From contig CANJVR010000004.1 of NCBI GenBank assembly GCA_947478395.1, positions 32,001-96,000 on the forward strand: a stretch of 64,000 nucleotides of DNA. Reading direction: 5' to 3'. The notes below the pieces were generated by a model, which made no database searches, was not told the origin of the DNA, and worked only from the letters and a program-made list of their open reading frames with translations. Source of the DNA: Opitutia bacterium. GTDB taxonomy: Bacteria; Verrucomicrobiota; Verrucomicrobiia; Opitutales; Opitutaceae. The position numbers and the translations under genes were made by a program. Shown piece after piece: positions 48,701-57,551 of the stretch; the first letter of the stretch is position 1; every line of letters starts with the position of its first letter.

Positions 48701-49633
48701 GGAATAGTCGGGCGGGGGGGAGTCAGAGCGATTCCAGCCGTAGCGTTGCAGCCAATCGGCCCGCGTACGGGCATCGGCGAGGGTGCGCACGAATGGCAAG
48801 TCGCCGTCCTTGATACTTTGGGCTGCAAAACGGGCTTGGGCAGTGTCGTCGCCAAACGCCATGTCGTCGCTGCCAGCGGGCTGGCCTAGGGCGAGCTTCG
48901 TCACGCCCTTCGCTTCGAGCATGCGGTCGTAGATGCGGATTTCGTCGATGTCTCCGCCGCGGACGAAATTATAGTCACTCTGCACATTGTGCGGACTGAT
49001 GATACGGGAGTGCGGACCGAATTGGTCGAGCGCGGCATCATAGACGGCGGTCGTCTCCTTCGTGGCGGCAAGTTTGCCGTTCACATAAAAACGAAGGCCG
49101 CGGGTCTCGTCCCACGCGAGCGCGAGGTGCGTCCACTCGTTCGGCTTGGGGAACGGCTTCAATTCCACCGATACGCGGGTGCGGGCGAGGTTGATGTCGG
49201 TAACAAAGGCATCGAAACCGTGGCCGTTGTAGTCGATGCGCAGCCAGGCCATGTCCCAGCTTGAATGGTCGGCGTAGCCGACGCGAAAGACGGGAAATTC
49301 CGTGGGTCCGACCGGGTAGCGCGAACGCCAGAAAAAGGAGAGCGTACCGCGTTGAGCGTAAATGTTACCGGGAGCCGACCAGGCGAGGCGTTGCAAATCT
49401 TCACAGCGCAGGGCGGCACCTTGGGCGCCGTCGGGGATGGTGGAAACGTCGTTGACGAAAGTCGGTGCCGCGGTACCGGGCGCGGCGATGTCGGCGGTCG
49501 TGCCGTGATCGGCCGAGAGATAAAAGAGGAGGCCGTTCGAGGGCGCAGGTGCGGCGGACACCGCGGCGGAAATCAGCGTGAATATGAACGCAGCGCGGCG
49601 GGCGCGCGCCGGGAAAAAGGCACGAGTGAACAT
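45743..49633 (-). CDS. Large secreted protein: N-terminal LamG-like jellyroll, uncharacterised core, C-terminal CARDB-like domain
   Basis: Signal peptide; WTHLALAWD..FYVNG..IDEIRIYDRML; acidic motifs FGGGISDDVD, DELHSYEEG; C-terminal PDL..VKVHNVG..EITALND. Confidence 0.7.
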   Translation of the reverse strand: MFTRAFFPARARRAAFIFTLISAAVSAAPAPSNGLLFYLSADHGTTADIAAPGTAAPTFVNDVSTIPDGAQGAALRCEDLQRLAWSAPGNIYAQRGTLSFFWRSRYPVGPTEFPVFRVGYADHSSWDMAWLRIDYNGHGFDAFVTDINLARTRVSVELKPFPKPNEWTHLALAWDETRGLRFYVNGKLAATKETTAVYDAALDQFGPHSRIISPHNVQSDYNFVRGGDIDEIRIYDRMLEAKGVTKLALGQPAGSDDMAFGDDTAQARFAAQSIKDGDLPFVRTLADARTRADWLQRYGWNRSDSPPPDYSGTAITVRKVEITDAYDLKRWWWKANDGIRETTWPGVYNRSRLPGRLDYFTLPDWDCYVDSGKAITFGLPSEPWNHVEIAGSAFGKMELLPAGTGLETASEAKAESTLFNRPQGQEKTTHILPRSITGRQIRFTNTNQEQPIDELSIYNVTAGREPAGSKVLAFQLQLATARPDDPAVRGLEKFIHDRYPEYERGTLYANAQPLAGAHRTTGSLPLVHVIVPNSWDHLSDGLDGIAIDLPAQPVKATHGALFPINIQVKDPLWPLRNLMDFTFSVKPGEAKTLWLDLRDRLLPAGKPLYLTLAGAGEGFGEASLDGAKLRLVFKPREAARAEHELDRFTQARDSYAMLVEEHPKSPKLALWVRFEADLNDLLRVNPTHELGLKYALAAGVPAARPEFNQPAAPAGVPLWAFRQTELLRRVEKFVTWYIDHRQSAFGDFGGGISDDVDLTNLWPGLALMGAEPEKIRASLHALLEAAFKNGMFTRGLPTIQADELHSYEEGINCLAQNLLLEFGSPRQLERTMETARGVETVTGVNAAGHRHFRSSYYSGTRIAEEEPWGRTKPYSFLVLQPGQLLVDYNGSPVAKKYMLELADGLLAHRAPGSTGPWAPSAIRFGDDREVETTRGYFPWHVFWGAWKWTGDRHYLTPLTDGGLGSLAAVNANVLDLLDLRKDWGARLLAGETASPTETRRPDGRVPSPSASGRTSSLTHFAWQLGGDKAQLEKLYATQIEECAQLEYINTEGSLWIDRVSAPTAELQRARLGGVALARNALYPGHAVSWKFAAPANAKSVALLIPDATAAHFKVIAYNLETTAVRATMTGWNIDPGIWELTEGVDTNNDDIADDAVTARTLPLERSRSVDLILAPRKTTIFTFQLKAAGTPYWQRPDLGIDPEDVVVRDREIAVKVHNVGAATAPAAHVVAKSRQGEILARVSTPALAAPLDLQPKSASITLTLPAGANFAGGTIEIEPGAGLDEITALNDVVRLP

Positions 49634-49812
49634 GGGTAATAAAATCTGGTTAAGAAAACAGGGGCGCGACCGAGGGAAAATTCCGGTCGATGAAATTCCA
49701 ACGTTACCGTGATACCGAATACGAGGTTGGCTCTGCGTTCATTCCGATTCTGCGTCGGAGTTGGGTGCGTGTTGGCTCGGCGGGCTCGCGCGGCCGAGTC
49801 GGAAATCAAACC

Positions 49813-50508
49813 TCAGCGGGCGAGCTGGTCGAAAGGAAGTGCCACGGGGTGAATGCGAACTTCGCGAATCGCGCCTTTAAACCAAGAAACTTGATTGAGG
49901 CGAACGCCAATCGAAGTCTGGCCCGTGCTTGAAACCGACGTGAAGGCGACGTCACCGGAGAGTTCCGGTTTTCCGTCGACGAAGGAGGACATTTTTTTGC
50001 CGTCGTAGTGCAGGGTGACCCAGTGCCACTCATCCGCCGAGTGGAGCAGCTTCGGGTCGAGGAGCGCCAGACTGCTTTTCCCGCAGAATAAAAATGTATC
50101 GAGGGCCCATTTACCTTCTGGCGTGAGACGGATTTCCAGCAGACATCGGTTGCTTTCCGCGTCTTGGATGTGGAAGAAGCGCTGTTCGGCCGGGCCGTGA
50201 GAGTCGGGTTTGATGAGTAGTTGGATCGTGAATTGGGTGAGCCCCGAGAGTGGATTGACGGGAAGAATCAGCCCGTCGTGGGCGCCGTCGAAAGCGACCG
50301 CGGTGCGACCGCCTTCTTGAACCACTTTGGGTGAGCCGAGGACCGTGGTGGTATGGCCGCCAAGGTGGTCGGTGCGATCGAGCGGCCAGATGGTCGCAGC
50401 GGGTGCGGCGGCGCGAAGCGCCGGGCTGGCCAAGGAAAAAACCGCGGCGGAAGCAGCGAAAGCGAACCGGGCGACGATCGAATGACGGAGGGGATGGGTA
50501 AAAATCAC
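49813..50508 (-). CDS. Secreted LamG/concanavalin A-like domain protein
   Basis: Signal peptide; WHWVTLHYDG..FVDG..FKGAIREVRI. Confidence 0.8.
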   Translation of the reverse strand: MIFTHPLRHSIVARFAFAASAAVFSLASPALRAAAPAATIWPLDRTDHLGGHTTTVLGSPKVVQEGGRTAVAFDGAHDGLILPVNPLSGLTQFTIQLLIKPDSHGPAEQRFFHIQDAESNRCLLEIRLTPEGKWALDTFLFCGKSSLALLDPKLLHSADEWHWVTLHYDGKKMSSFVDGKPELSGDVAFTSVSSTGQTSIGVRLNQVSWFKGAIREVRIHPVALPFDQLAR

Positions 50509-50581
50509 GGTGGGTAGGGCTGAAGTGAAAAGACGGATGGGCGGTATGAAAGTGAGGGAGTGAGACGATGGAAACGGAAAA

Positions 50582-50609
50582 TAAAAAGGCCCGCAGGTGA
50601 TGCGGGCCT
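50582..50609 (-). terminator. Rho-independent terminator after the TonB-dependent receptor
   Basis: Stem AGGCCCGCA/TGCGGGCCT (50587-50609) followed on the minus strand by a T run. Confidence 0.75.
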
Positions 50610-50637
50610 CGATGATTTTTGCTGGTGCGTCAGGCGA

Positions 50638-53600
50638 TTACCATACGCCACGAACGCCGAGCTCGTAGATTGGGTCGCCGTACTCCGCATGATTAAACGG
50701 CAGGGTCGGAGTCGACGTGATAATTGGGCGGGCGAGGACGTTGCGCGCCTGGAAGTAGGGTGTGAGCTTCCGGCTGTATTTGTAGTCGAGGCGGATATCC
50801 ACCAACTCGCGGGGCGCCTGATATTGGAGCTCGTTGTAGTATTGCTGGTTCGCAACGGCGACGTCGGTGAACTTGACGGTCTTCTGCGAGAAGGCCTTCA
50901 ACACATGGCCGGTGTAATTGGACGTCACAGTGACACCCAGTTTGCCGATGCTGTAGTTCAAGGTGACGTTCAGGGCCTGCTTCACGGAGGCGAATTCCAT
51001 CGTCTTTTGCACCTGCTCGAGGACGGCGCGGCTGAGGTTGGCATCGGTCGAGGAGAACACGGCCCGGCTCTTGATCGGATCGATGCTTAGGATCGTCCCG
51101 TTGATTTGAAGCCCGAGGGTGTTGAACGGTTTGGGCAGGAACGAGAAGTTCTGCGCATAGCCGACTTCGAGGCCGTTGTAGTGGCCGGCCTCGGGGACGT
51201 TGAACTTATAGGTGACGTCGTAATCGCTCACCGTGCCGAGCGCGCTGGTCGAAAGACCGAGCGTGGCGGCCGTTTCATTCGTGAGACCCTGCGTGGCCGT
51301 GACGATGAAGTTCCTGAAGTCCTTCCGGAAGGCTGAGAGCGAGACGACGCTCGACCGGCTGAAGTAGTATTCGGCGCCTGCGTCGAAGCTGGTGACCTGG
51401 TAAGACTTCAAGTTGGGGTTGTAGACCGAAATTCTGCCGCGGGTGCCCGTCGTGCTGTCGGGGGGCGTGTTGGTCGCCGCACCGGGCAGCAAGTCGCTGT
51501 AATCCGGCAGACCGATCGATTTGCTCGCGGCGGCGCGGAAGACGAGCTTGTTGGTCGGCGTGTACTTCAGGTTGACGGAGGGGAACCAGCGCTTGTCGCT
51601 GAAACTGGAGCGCACGATGCTCGGCAGCGTGGGGAGTCGATTTTCCGAATCGGTCTTGTGGTCTTCGTAGCGGAAGCCGCCGGCGATCAGGAGATGATCG
51701 ATGGGGGTCACGTCGAAACGCACATACGCCGCCTTGGTATCATCGACGAAGCGGGCGTTGATGTCGCCGGACGCCGGCGCGTACGGCAGGTATGCAAGGC
51801 CGCCGACGTTGGAGTACAGGCTGTAGAGATTGGTGAAATTGAACGCCGGGAGACCGTAGCCGATCGGGTGCTGCGAAAAATTGGCGTCGTTGAGCGACGA
51901 GAGCTGGGCTCCGGTGATATTGGTCGCGGCTCCAGCGGCGCCGAAACCGGTGGTCGCGCTCGTGCCAGTGCGGTTGAACACGCGATTCTCGATGTTGCGG
52001 GTCGTGCCATCGTAACGCCCGCCGACCTTCACGGACAGGGGGATGGCGAGATGGAACGGCAGCTTGTAGTCGACGTTGTAACCGAAGCGTGTGTCGACGC
52101 CCGTCTGCGGACGGCTGCGAATGGTGGTCGCGCTGAATTTGCCGGTGTCGGTCAAGTCGACGGCGGCGCCGGTGGTGTCGGTCACGCGGTACGAAGGAAC
52201 CACACCGCCGATGTTGTCGAAGCCGACGTTAAGTCCGGTGCGGGAAATCGTGATATCGGAAAACCAGCCGCCGGTGGAGTCGCGGTATTTGCTGTAGGAT
52301 TGGCTCCACGAGCCGCCGGCCTCGAAGGTCGCACCGTTGTTGAATTCGTGGGTTAGGCCCAGTTGGCCGATCCAAGTGACGCCGGCCTTCCACCGATTGA
52401 TGGTGCCGAGGGTGACCGAGCCGGCGCCGGCGCGGCCGTTGACGGTGCCATTGCCGAATGCCGGCGTGGAGGTAGTGGCGAGGCCGGTGAGGGTGCCTGT
52501 GTTTACGGTGAGCACGCGATCCGTGAACAACAGATCGTAGAAATTCCACATGCCCATGGCAGAAATCTTGGTGTGATCATCGGGCTTCCAATCGAACTGG
52601 ACCGAGAACGACTGACGACGGGTGGTCTTTTGCTCGTTCTGCAGATTCCAAGAAGTGAGGGCGGGGTTGGTAGGGAGTCCGCCGTTGGTGGGATTGTATT
52701 CCCAGGTATAGGTGGAGCGCGGGTAGTCGTTGATGAGCGTAGAATTCTTGTAGCTCAGATTCAGGCCAAGATTTGGACGGAGATGTTTGGCCAAGTTGAG
52801 GTCGATACCGGGAAAAATCTTGCTGGTTTTTTCCTGCCCGTAGCCTTCCGTGCGACCGAATGTGAGCACAGTGTCCGTGGCTTGGAGATACGCGCGGTAG
52901 GTGATCTGGTCGCCTTCGCGGTCGAGCGCGCTCTTGCTCACGAGATTGATCAAGCCGCCGGTGCTGATGGCGGGGATTTCGGGCGAAAGAGTTTTGATGA
53001 CCTCGACGGTTTCAACGTTGTTGATCGCCACCTGCTCGAATTCGAATCGGCGGTTCAAGTTACCGGAAGTCGCGCTGGCGATGGGGCTGCCGTTCATGGT
53101 GACGTTTGTGAACGCCGTGGACATGCCGCGCAGCGTGACCGCGCGCGCATCGTTGGCGTTGTAGTCCACGCCGACACCGGGGAGGAATTTGAGGTACTCG
53201 GCGGCGTTACCTTCGGCGATGTCGCCGTATTGATCGCCTGCTGCCACTACCTTGGCGTTCATCGACATCTTCTGGATGGCGACGGCCTGGGCCATGCCTT
53301 CCTTGGTTCCGGCAACTTTGAATTCCGTCAGGGTCACGACGCCCGACGCTTGTCCTAGACGAACGGGAACGGTGGCCGTCTGGCCTGCGCCGACGGTGAC
53401 TGGCTGGGTCGCAACATCCATACCGGGATAAGTAATGACAACTTTTTGGGCTCCCGCCGGTACGCCGCTGAATTCGAAATTGCCGGAGCGGGTGGTCGTC
53501 GTCCGCAGGGCCGTACCCTCAATCACGACATCGGCGCCTTCGAGATATTTACCCGTGTTGGCGTCGGCGACCGTGCCGGCGATCGAGCCGGAAGTGGACT

Positions 53601-53703
53601 GCGCAAATAAAGATGCGCTCAGGGAGAGGAACGAGACGGCGAGCCGTGTGGTAAGCCAGCGGCCGAATCTTCCGACTTTCAGTAACGAGGTTTGGGTGGT
53701 CAT
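50638..53703 (-). CDS. TonB-dependent receptor
   Basis: Signal peptide, carboxypeptidase-regulatory-like domain, plug (NAAEYLKFLPGV, VEVIKT, GGLINL), beta-barrel ending YELGVRGVW; start could be 53751. Confidence 0.93.
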   Translation of the reverse strand: MTTQTSLLKVGRFGRWLTTRLAVSFLSLSASLFAQSTSGSIAGTVADANTGKYLEGADVVIEGTALRTTTTRSGNFEFSGVPAGAQKVVITYPGMDVATQPVTVGAGQTATVPVRLGQASGVVTLTEFKVAGTKEGMAQAVAIQKMSMNAKVVAAGDQYGDIAEGNAAEYLKFLPGVGVDYNANDARAVTLRGMSTAFTNVTMNGSPIASATSGNLNRRFEFEQVAINNVETVEVIKTLSPEIPAISTGGLINLVSKSALDREGDQITYRAYLQATDTVLTFGRTEGYGQEKTSKIFPGIDLNLAKHLRPNLGLNLSYKNSTLINDYPRSTYTWEYNPTNGGLPTNPALTSWNLQNEQKTTRRQSFSVQFDWKPDDHTKISAMGMWNFYDLLFTDRVLTVNTGTLTGLATTSTPAFGNGTVNGRAGAGSVTLGTINRWKAGVTWIGQLGLTHEFNNGATFEAGGSWSQSYSKYRDSTGGWFSDITISRTGLNVGFDNIGGVVPSYRVTDTTGAAVDLTDTGKFSATTIRSRPQTGVDTRFGYNVDYKLPFHLAIPLSVKVGGRYDGTTRNIENRVFNRTGTSATTGFGAAGAATNITGAQLSSLNDANFSQHPIGYGLPAFNFTNLYSLYSNVGGLAYLPYAPASGDINARFVDDTKAAYVRFDVTPIDHLLIAGGFRYEDHKTDSENRLPTLPSIVRSSFSDKRWFPSVNLKYTPTNKLVFRAAASKSIGLPDYSDLLPGAATNTPPDSTTGTRGRISVYNPNLKSYQVTSFDAGAEYYFSRSSVVSLSAFRKDFRNFIVTATQGLTNETAATLGLSTSALGTVSDYDVTYKFNVPEAGHYNGLEVGYAQNFSFLPKPFNTLGLQINGTILSIDPIKSRAVFSSTDANLSRAVLEQVQKTMEFASVKQALNVTLNYSIGKLGVTVTSNYTGHVLKAFSQKTVKFTDVAVANQQYYNELQYQAPRELVDIRLDYKYSRKLTPYFQARNVLARPIITSTPTLPFNHAEYGDPIYELGVRGVW

Positions 53704-53872
53704 TTTAGGATGGGGCGTAGTTGCTCCGGAAAAAAGAATGGGGTTCATCATATCCCCTCAGAAAATGTCGCGTTGGGCTCCAATGAGGCAGCGCACAGTT
53801 CACGAAAAAATGTTCGGGGTTAATAGGGTGTCGCGGGAATCGCAGGGGCGCAGAGATGCGTCAAACGAAAAA

Positions 53873-53885
53873 GGACACGTGTCTT
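53873..53885. promoter_or_regulatory. Candidate operator GGACACGTGTCTT (copy 2)
   Basis: Identical to 27828-27840; upstream of the TonB receptor. Confidence 0.45.
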
Positions 53886-54006
53886 CTTTTCATCATTAGC
53901 CGCCTGGTGGCATGGCTTCCGATGGATGCGGCATCGCCGCGGTGGGTGGGCGGGGTCGGGCGTGCAGCGCGACCGAAATCGATGGGCCTCAGTATCGGCG
54001 GGTCGG

Positions 54007-54804
54007 CTACGGCGTCGCGGGGAGATGCAGCTCCCTCACCCAAATGTTTCTGAAGCTTACCGGATTTCCGTGATCTTGCAGAGTAATCGGCAGTGCGGCC
54101 GCGTGCGCCGCGTAGGGCGGTAATTTGGGTTCGCGAAAACTCGCGCCATTGGGCGTCGGCCCCGTCAGCACGACATCGTGAAGCACGAGGACGCCGTTGT
54201 GAAATGCCGTCATGCGAGCGGGTCGCTGTAGCTTGCCGTCGGCTGAAAATCGGGGGGCAATAAATATCGCGTCGTAGCTTTGCCACTCGCCGGGCGGACG
54301 ACTGGCATTCACCAATGGCGCGTGCTCCTTGTAGACCGATCCGGCCTGGCCGTTGACGTAGGTCGCATTGTTGTAGGAATCGAGGATTTGGAGCTCATAC
54401 AGGCCCATGAAAAAAACGCCGCTGTTTCCCCGGCCTTGACCGTCGCCTTTGACTTCCGCCGGAGTGCGAAACTCTAGGTGTAACTGGACATCCCCAAACG
54501 ATTGCTTCGTGCCCAGATCGCCGGGTCTTCCTGCTGGGACGGCCATCGTGCCGTCCGCGACTTTCCAGAGTCGCCCGGTTGGAGCCACGGGTTGCCAAGC
54601 GTCGAGATTTTGGCCGTCGAATAACACCACGGCGTCCGTCGGCAACCCGGTGCTCGATGGTACCGAAACCACCGCCGGAATTGGCGTCCATACTTCCGTG
54701 AAGGTCTCGGGCGCCGGCGGCCGGCCGGCGGCGGATTGCTCGGCCGCAGTGGCCAGTGTTGCGAATGCGAGTGACAGCGAGGCACAAAACAGAACGGGGC
54801 GCAT
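54007..54804 (-). CDS. DUF1080 (3-keto-disaccharide hydrolase/lyase-like) secreted protein
   Basis: VLFDG, FGDVQLHLEF, RGNSGVF, YELQILDSY, GEWQSYD, LQDHGNPVSFRNIW. Confidence 0.92.
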   Translation of the reverse strand: MRPVLFCASLSLAFATLATAAEQSAAGRPPAPETFTEVWTPIPAVVSVPSSTGLPTDAVVLFDGQNLDAWQPVAPTGRLWKVADGTMAVPAGRPGDLGTKQSFGDVQLHLEFRTPAEVKGDGQGRGNSGVFFMGLYELQILDSYNNATYVNGQAGSVYKEHAPLVNASRPPGEWQSYDAIFIAPRFSADGKLQRPARMTAFHNGVLVLHDVVLTGPTPNGASFREPKLPPYAAHAAALPITLQDHGNPVSFRNIWVRELHLPATP

Positions 54805-54977
54805 GGGGTAAAAAGCTACGCAGACATTTCGCATCACCGTGGACGGCGCAATGCTATCTTAGGCGCTCGTGAACCAACGATTTTATCGGCGCCGGGCGGG
54901 CGATCATCGCGTGCGAGGTCCCGGTGTTCTTCGTCAATGCCGCTAGGTATTGCACGATGGGCTAAGTCTGTTTTAGG

Positions 54978-55026
54978 GCGCGCAATAAATGCACACGCGG
55001 CCTCCAGTGCGCGCAAAGAGTGCACA
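54978..55026 (+). promoter_or_regulatory. Tandem enhancer-like repeats GCGCGCAA-N4-TGCACA
   Basis: Copies start at 54978 and 55009, 31 bp apart, upstream of the sigma-54 motif. Confidence 0.55.
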
Positions 55027-55067
55027 TAAATGACGCCAATCCCCGCGTTTCGCCCCGTTTCGCCCCT

Positions 55068-55083
55068 TGGCATGCCCATTGCA
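55068..55083 (+). promoter_or_regulatory. Sigma-54 (-24/-12) promoter
   Basis: TGGCATGCCCATTGCA matches TGGCAC-N5-TTGCW with correct GG-N10-GC spacing, 20 bp before ATG 55104. Confidence 0.75.
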
Positions 55084-55103
55084 TAGGCGACGGCCCTCAG
55101 TTT

Positions 55104-55757
55104 ATGAACTCACTAATCGACTCCTCTCGCGTTTCGTTTCGCGCTCACCCCGCTCGCGGTTTGTCGCTGTTGTTGGCCTTCGGCGTCACGGCATCCGCTC
55201 TTTTTGCCCAAGCTGATCCCAACGCCGCACCCGCTGACGCGGCGAATCAGAACGGGCGCGGTCGTCGCGGGCAAAATGCCGGCGGCCAAGGCCAGGTCCC
55301 GGGTGGCGGTCGGGGAAATTTTAATCCGGAAGAAATGCTGCAACAACGGATGACGCAGATGCGCGAACAATTTGAGATCACCGACGATGCAGAGTGGAAA
55401 GTGATCTCCGACCGCATCACGACCGTTAGCGAGGCCCAGCGTCTTTCGATGACTGCGGGCATGGGTGGCGGCGGGCGTGGCGGATTCGGCGGTCCCGGTG
55501 GCGCTCCTGGAGGCCGCGGCGCTGCTGGCGGTAATCGCGGCGGTCGCCAGGGTTTGAATGCGAACCCTGAGCAGGATGCACTGCGTCAAGCGGTGACCGA
55601 CAAACTGCCTGACGCCGAGATCAAGTCCCGTCTCGCGAGTCTGCGCGAAGCCCGCAAGGCCAACGAGGAAAAGCTCAGCAAAACGCAGGAAGAGTTGCGC
55701 GCGGTCCTCAGCGTGCGACAGGAAGCGGTCGCGGTGATGCTCGGACTACTGCCTTAA
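55104..55757 (+). CDS. Exported Gly/Arg-rich helical hypothetical protein, first gene of T2SS locus 2
   Basis: Signal peptide ..ALFA|Q, GGRG-rich linkers, helical segments ending LSVRQEAVAVMLGLLP. Confidence 0.7.
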   Translation: MNSLIDSSRVSFRAHPARGLSLLLAFGVTASALFAQADPNAAPADAANQNGRGRRGQNAGGQGQVPGGGRGNFNPEEMLQQRMTQMREQFEITDDAEWKVISDRITTVSEAQRLSMTAGMGGGGRGGFGGPGGAPGGRGAAGGNRGGRQGLNANPEQDALRQAVTDKLPDAEIKSRLASLREARKANEEKLSKTQEELRAVLSVRQEAVAVMLGLLP

Positions 55758-55766
55758 CGTTTCACC

Positions 55767-57539
55767 GTGCTGACCGAAAATTCCTCCGCGGCGCAGAACG
55801 GAAACGGAACGATTCCGGAAGCGCTCAGCCGCATGATTGCGGCGAAGCAACTCACGGAAACGGACGCCCGATCCTATGTTGTCCAGAACCCTGCACCCGA
55901 AGCGCTGACGGAGGAGCGTGTTCTGCGCTGGCTGGCCCGGGAATATGGGGTCGGCTTTGCCGCGCTCGACGAACTCGAGCCGGACAAGCAAGTGCTGTCA
56001 CTTTTCCCGGCGCGGTTATTGTTGCGCGACGAACTCCTGCCGCTTCGTCGCGTCGGTCACGAAATTGAAATCGCGACGAGCCGGCTTTTTGCCACCCAAG
56101 GTCTTGATGGCCTGAAGGCGCTGACTGGCCTGCGCCTGCGGCCGGTGCTGTCGACGACCGAGATGATTGGTCGCGAAATGAAAAAGCGGCTCGGTGTCGG
56201 TGCTGATACGATCGATACGCTGGACGACGAGGCGGGTTTACAGGTCGTCGACGAAAATGGCAGCACCGACAACAACCTCGATGAGGCCGCGGAGGACGCC
56301 TCGATCATCCGGTTCGTTAATCAGGTGTTGAAAGACGCCATCGAGCTTCGCGCTTCGGACGTCCACCTCGAACCATTCGAGGACGAGTTGCGCATCCGCT
56401 ACCGCATCGACGGTGTGCTGCAGGAAGTGCCGGTGCCGGCGCAGATCAAGCGCTTCCAGCCGGCCATCGTAGCGCGCGTCAAGATTCTCAGTCATCTTAA
56501 CATCGCCGAGAAGCGCTTGCCGCAGGACGGACGCATCAAGGTCCGCATCGAGGATGCCGAGGTCGACATCCGCGTTTCAATTATTCCGATGTTGCATGGC
56601 GAAGCGGTGGTCATGCGTTTGCTGCGCCAGAATTCAAAGCTGCGCGGTGCGCGTGATCTCGGCATGGGTGCGCGCGAGCTCACCTGTCTCCAGCGCGTGC
56701 TGGAGTTGCCGCACGGCATCGTGCTTGTCACCGGTCCGACCGGCTCGGGCAAAACCTCCACGCTTTATACGGCTCTCAACGAGATTAACGACTCCGAGCG
56801 CAAGATCATCACCATCGAGGACCCCGTCGAATACCAGCTCAAGGGGGTAAACCAAATCCAGGTCTCGGAGAAATCCGGCCTGACGTTTGCCCGCGGTCTA
56901 CGTTCGATTTTGCGTCACGACCCGGACGTCGTGCTGATCGGTGAAATCCGCGATCAGGAAACCGCGCAGATCGCGGTGCAAGCGTCACTCACGGGTCACT
57001 TGGTTTTTTCCACGCTCCACACCAACGACGCGGCCGGCGCGCTCACGCGTCTGGTCGACATGGGCGTTGAGCCGTACCTCGTGGCTTCGTCCCTCGAAGC
57101 CGTCTTGGCCCAGCGCCTCGTGCGGTTGCTTTGCCCGCATTGCAAGCAGGTCGACACGACGCCCGAGGCGCGCGAGTACAAGATCAAGCTCGGGATCAAG
57201 CCCGAGGCGAAAGTCTACCGCGCCGTTGGTTGCCGCGAATGTCGCAATACCGGTTACCACGGTCGCCGCGCGATTTTCGAATGGATGGATTCGAGCAGCG
57301 AGATCCGCTCGTTGATTTTGAAAAACGCGTCGACCGACGCCATTCGCGATTCCGCTCGTCGGGCGGGCATGATCACGCTCGCCGAGGATGGACGCCGGCT
57401 CGTCGAGGAGGGCATCACCACGATCGAAGAAATTCTGAGCGTGACCACGGTGCACGAAATGGAATCGACCCCGGCGACGCCGCCGCAAACTTCCGGAACG
57501 GCCGGCGTTCAGCCGGCATTGCCGCGTTCATTGATCTAG
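55767..57539 (+). CDS. gspE: T2SS assembly ATPase GspE (locus 2)
   Basis: EKRLPQDGRI, GPTGSGKTS, LRHDPDVVLIGEIRD, STLHTND, CPHC..CREC. Confidence 0.95.
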   Translation: MLTENSSAAQNGNGTIPEALSRMIAAKQLTETDARSYVVQNPAPEALTEERVLRWLAREYGVGFAALDELEPDKQVLSLFPARLLLRDELLPLRRVGHEIEIATSRLFATQGLDGLKALTGLRLRPVLSTTEMIGREMKKRLGVGADTIDTLDDEAGLQVVDENGSTDNNLDEAAEDASIIRFVNQVLKDAIELRASDVHLEPFEDELRIRYRIDGVLQEVPVPAQIKRFQPAIVARVKILSHLNIAEKRLPQDGRIKVRIEDAEVDIRVSIIPMLHGEAVVMRLLRQNSKLRGARDLGMGARELTCLQRVLELPHGIVLVTGPTGSGKTSTLYTALNEINDSERKIITIEDPVEYQLKGVNQIQVSEKSGLTFARGLRSILRHDPDVVLIGEIRDQETAQIAVQASLTGHLVFSTLHTNDAAGALTRLVDMGVEPYLVASSLEAVLAQRLVRLLCPHCKQVDTTPEAREYKIKLGIKPEAKVYRAVGCRECRNTGYHGRRAIFEWMDSSSEIRSLILKNASTDAIRDSARRAGMITLAEDGRRLVEEGITTIEEILSVTTVHEMESTPATPPQTSGTAGVQPALPRSLI

Positions 57540-57551
57540 CGTTTCCCCGCG

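Noticed and set aside
50510..50580. Purine-rich spacer that might be an sRNA or heptamer array
   Set aside because: Periodicity is too weak and no recognisable RNA structure beyond the adjacent terminator.
53755..54000. Riboswitch (e.g. cobalamin or TPP) upstream of the TonB receptor
   Set aside because: No conserved riboswitch core motifs recognised by eye; an Rfam scan would settle it.
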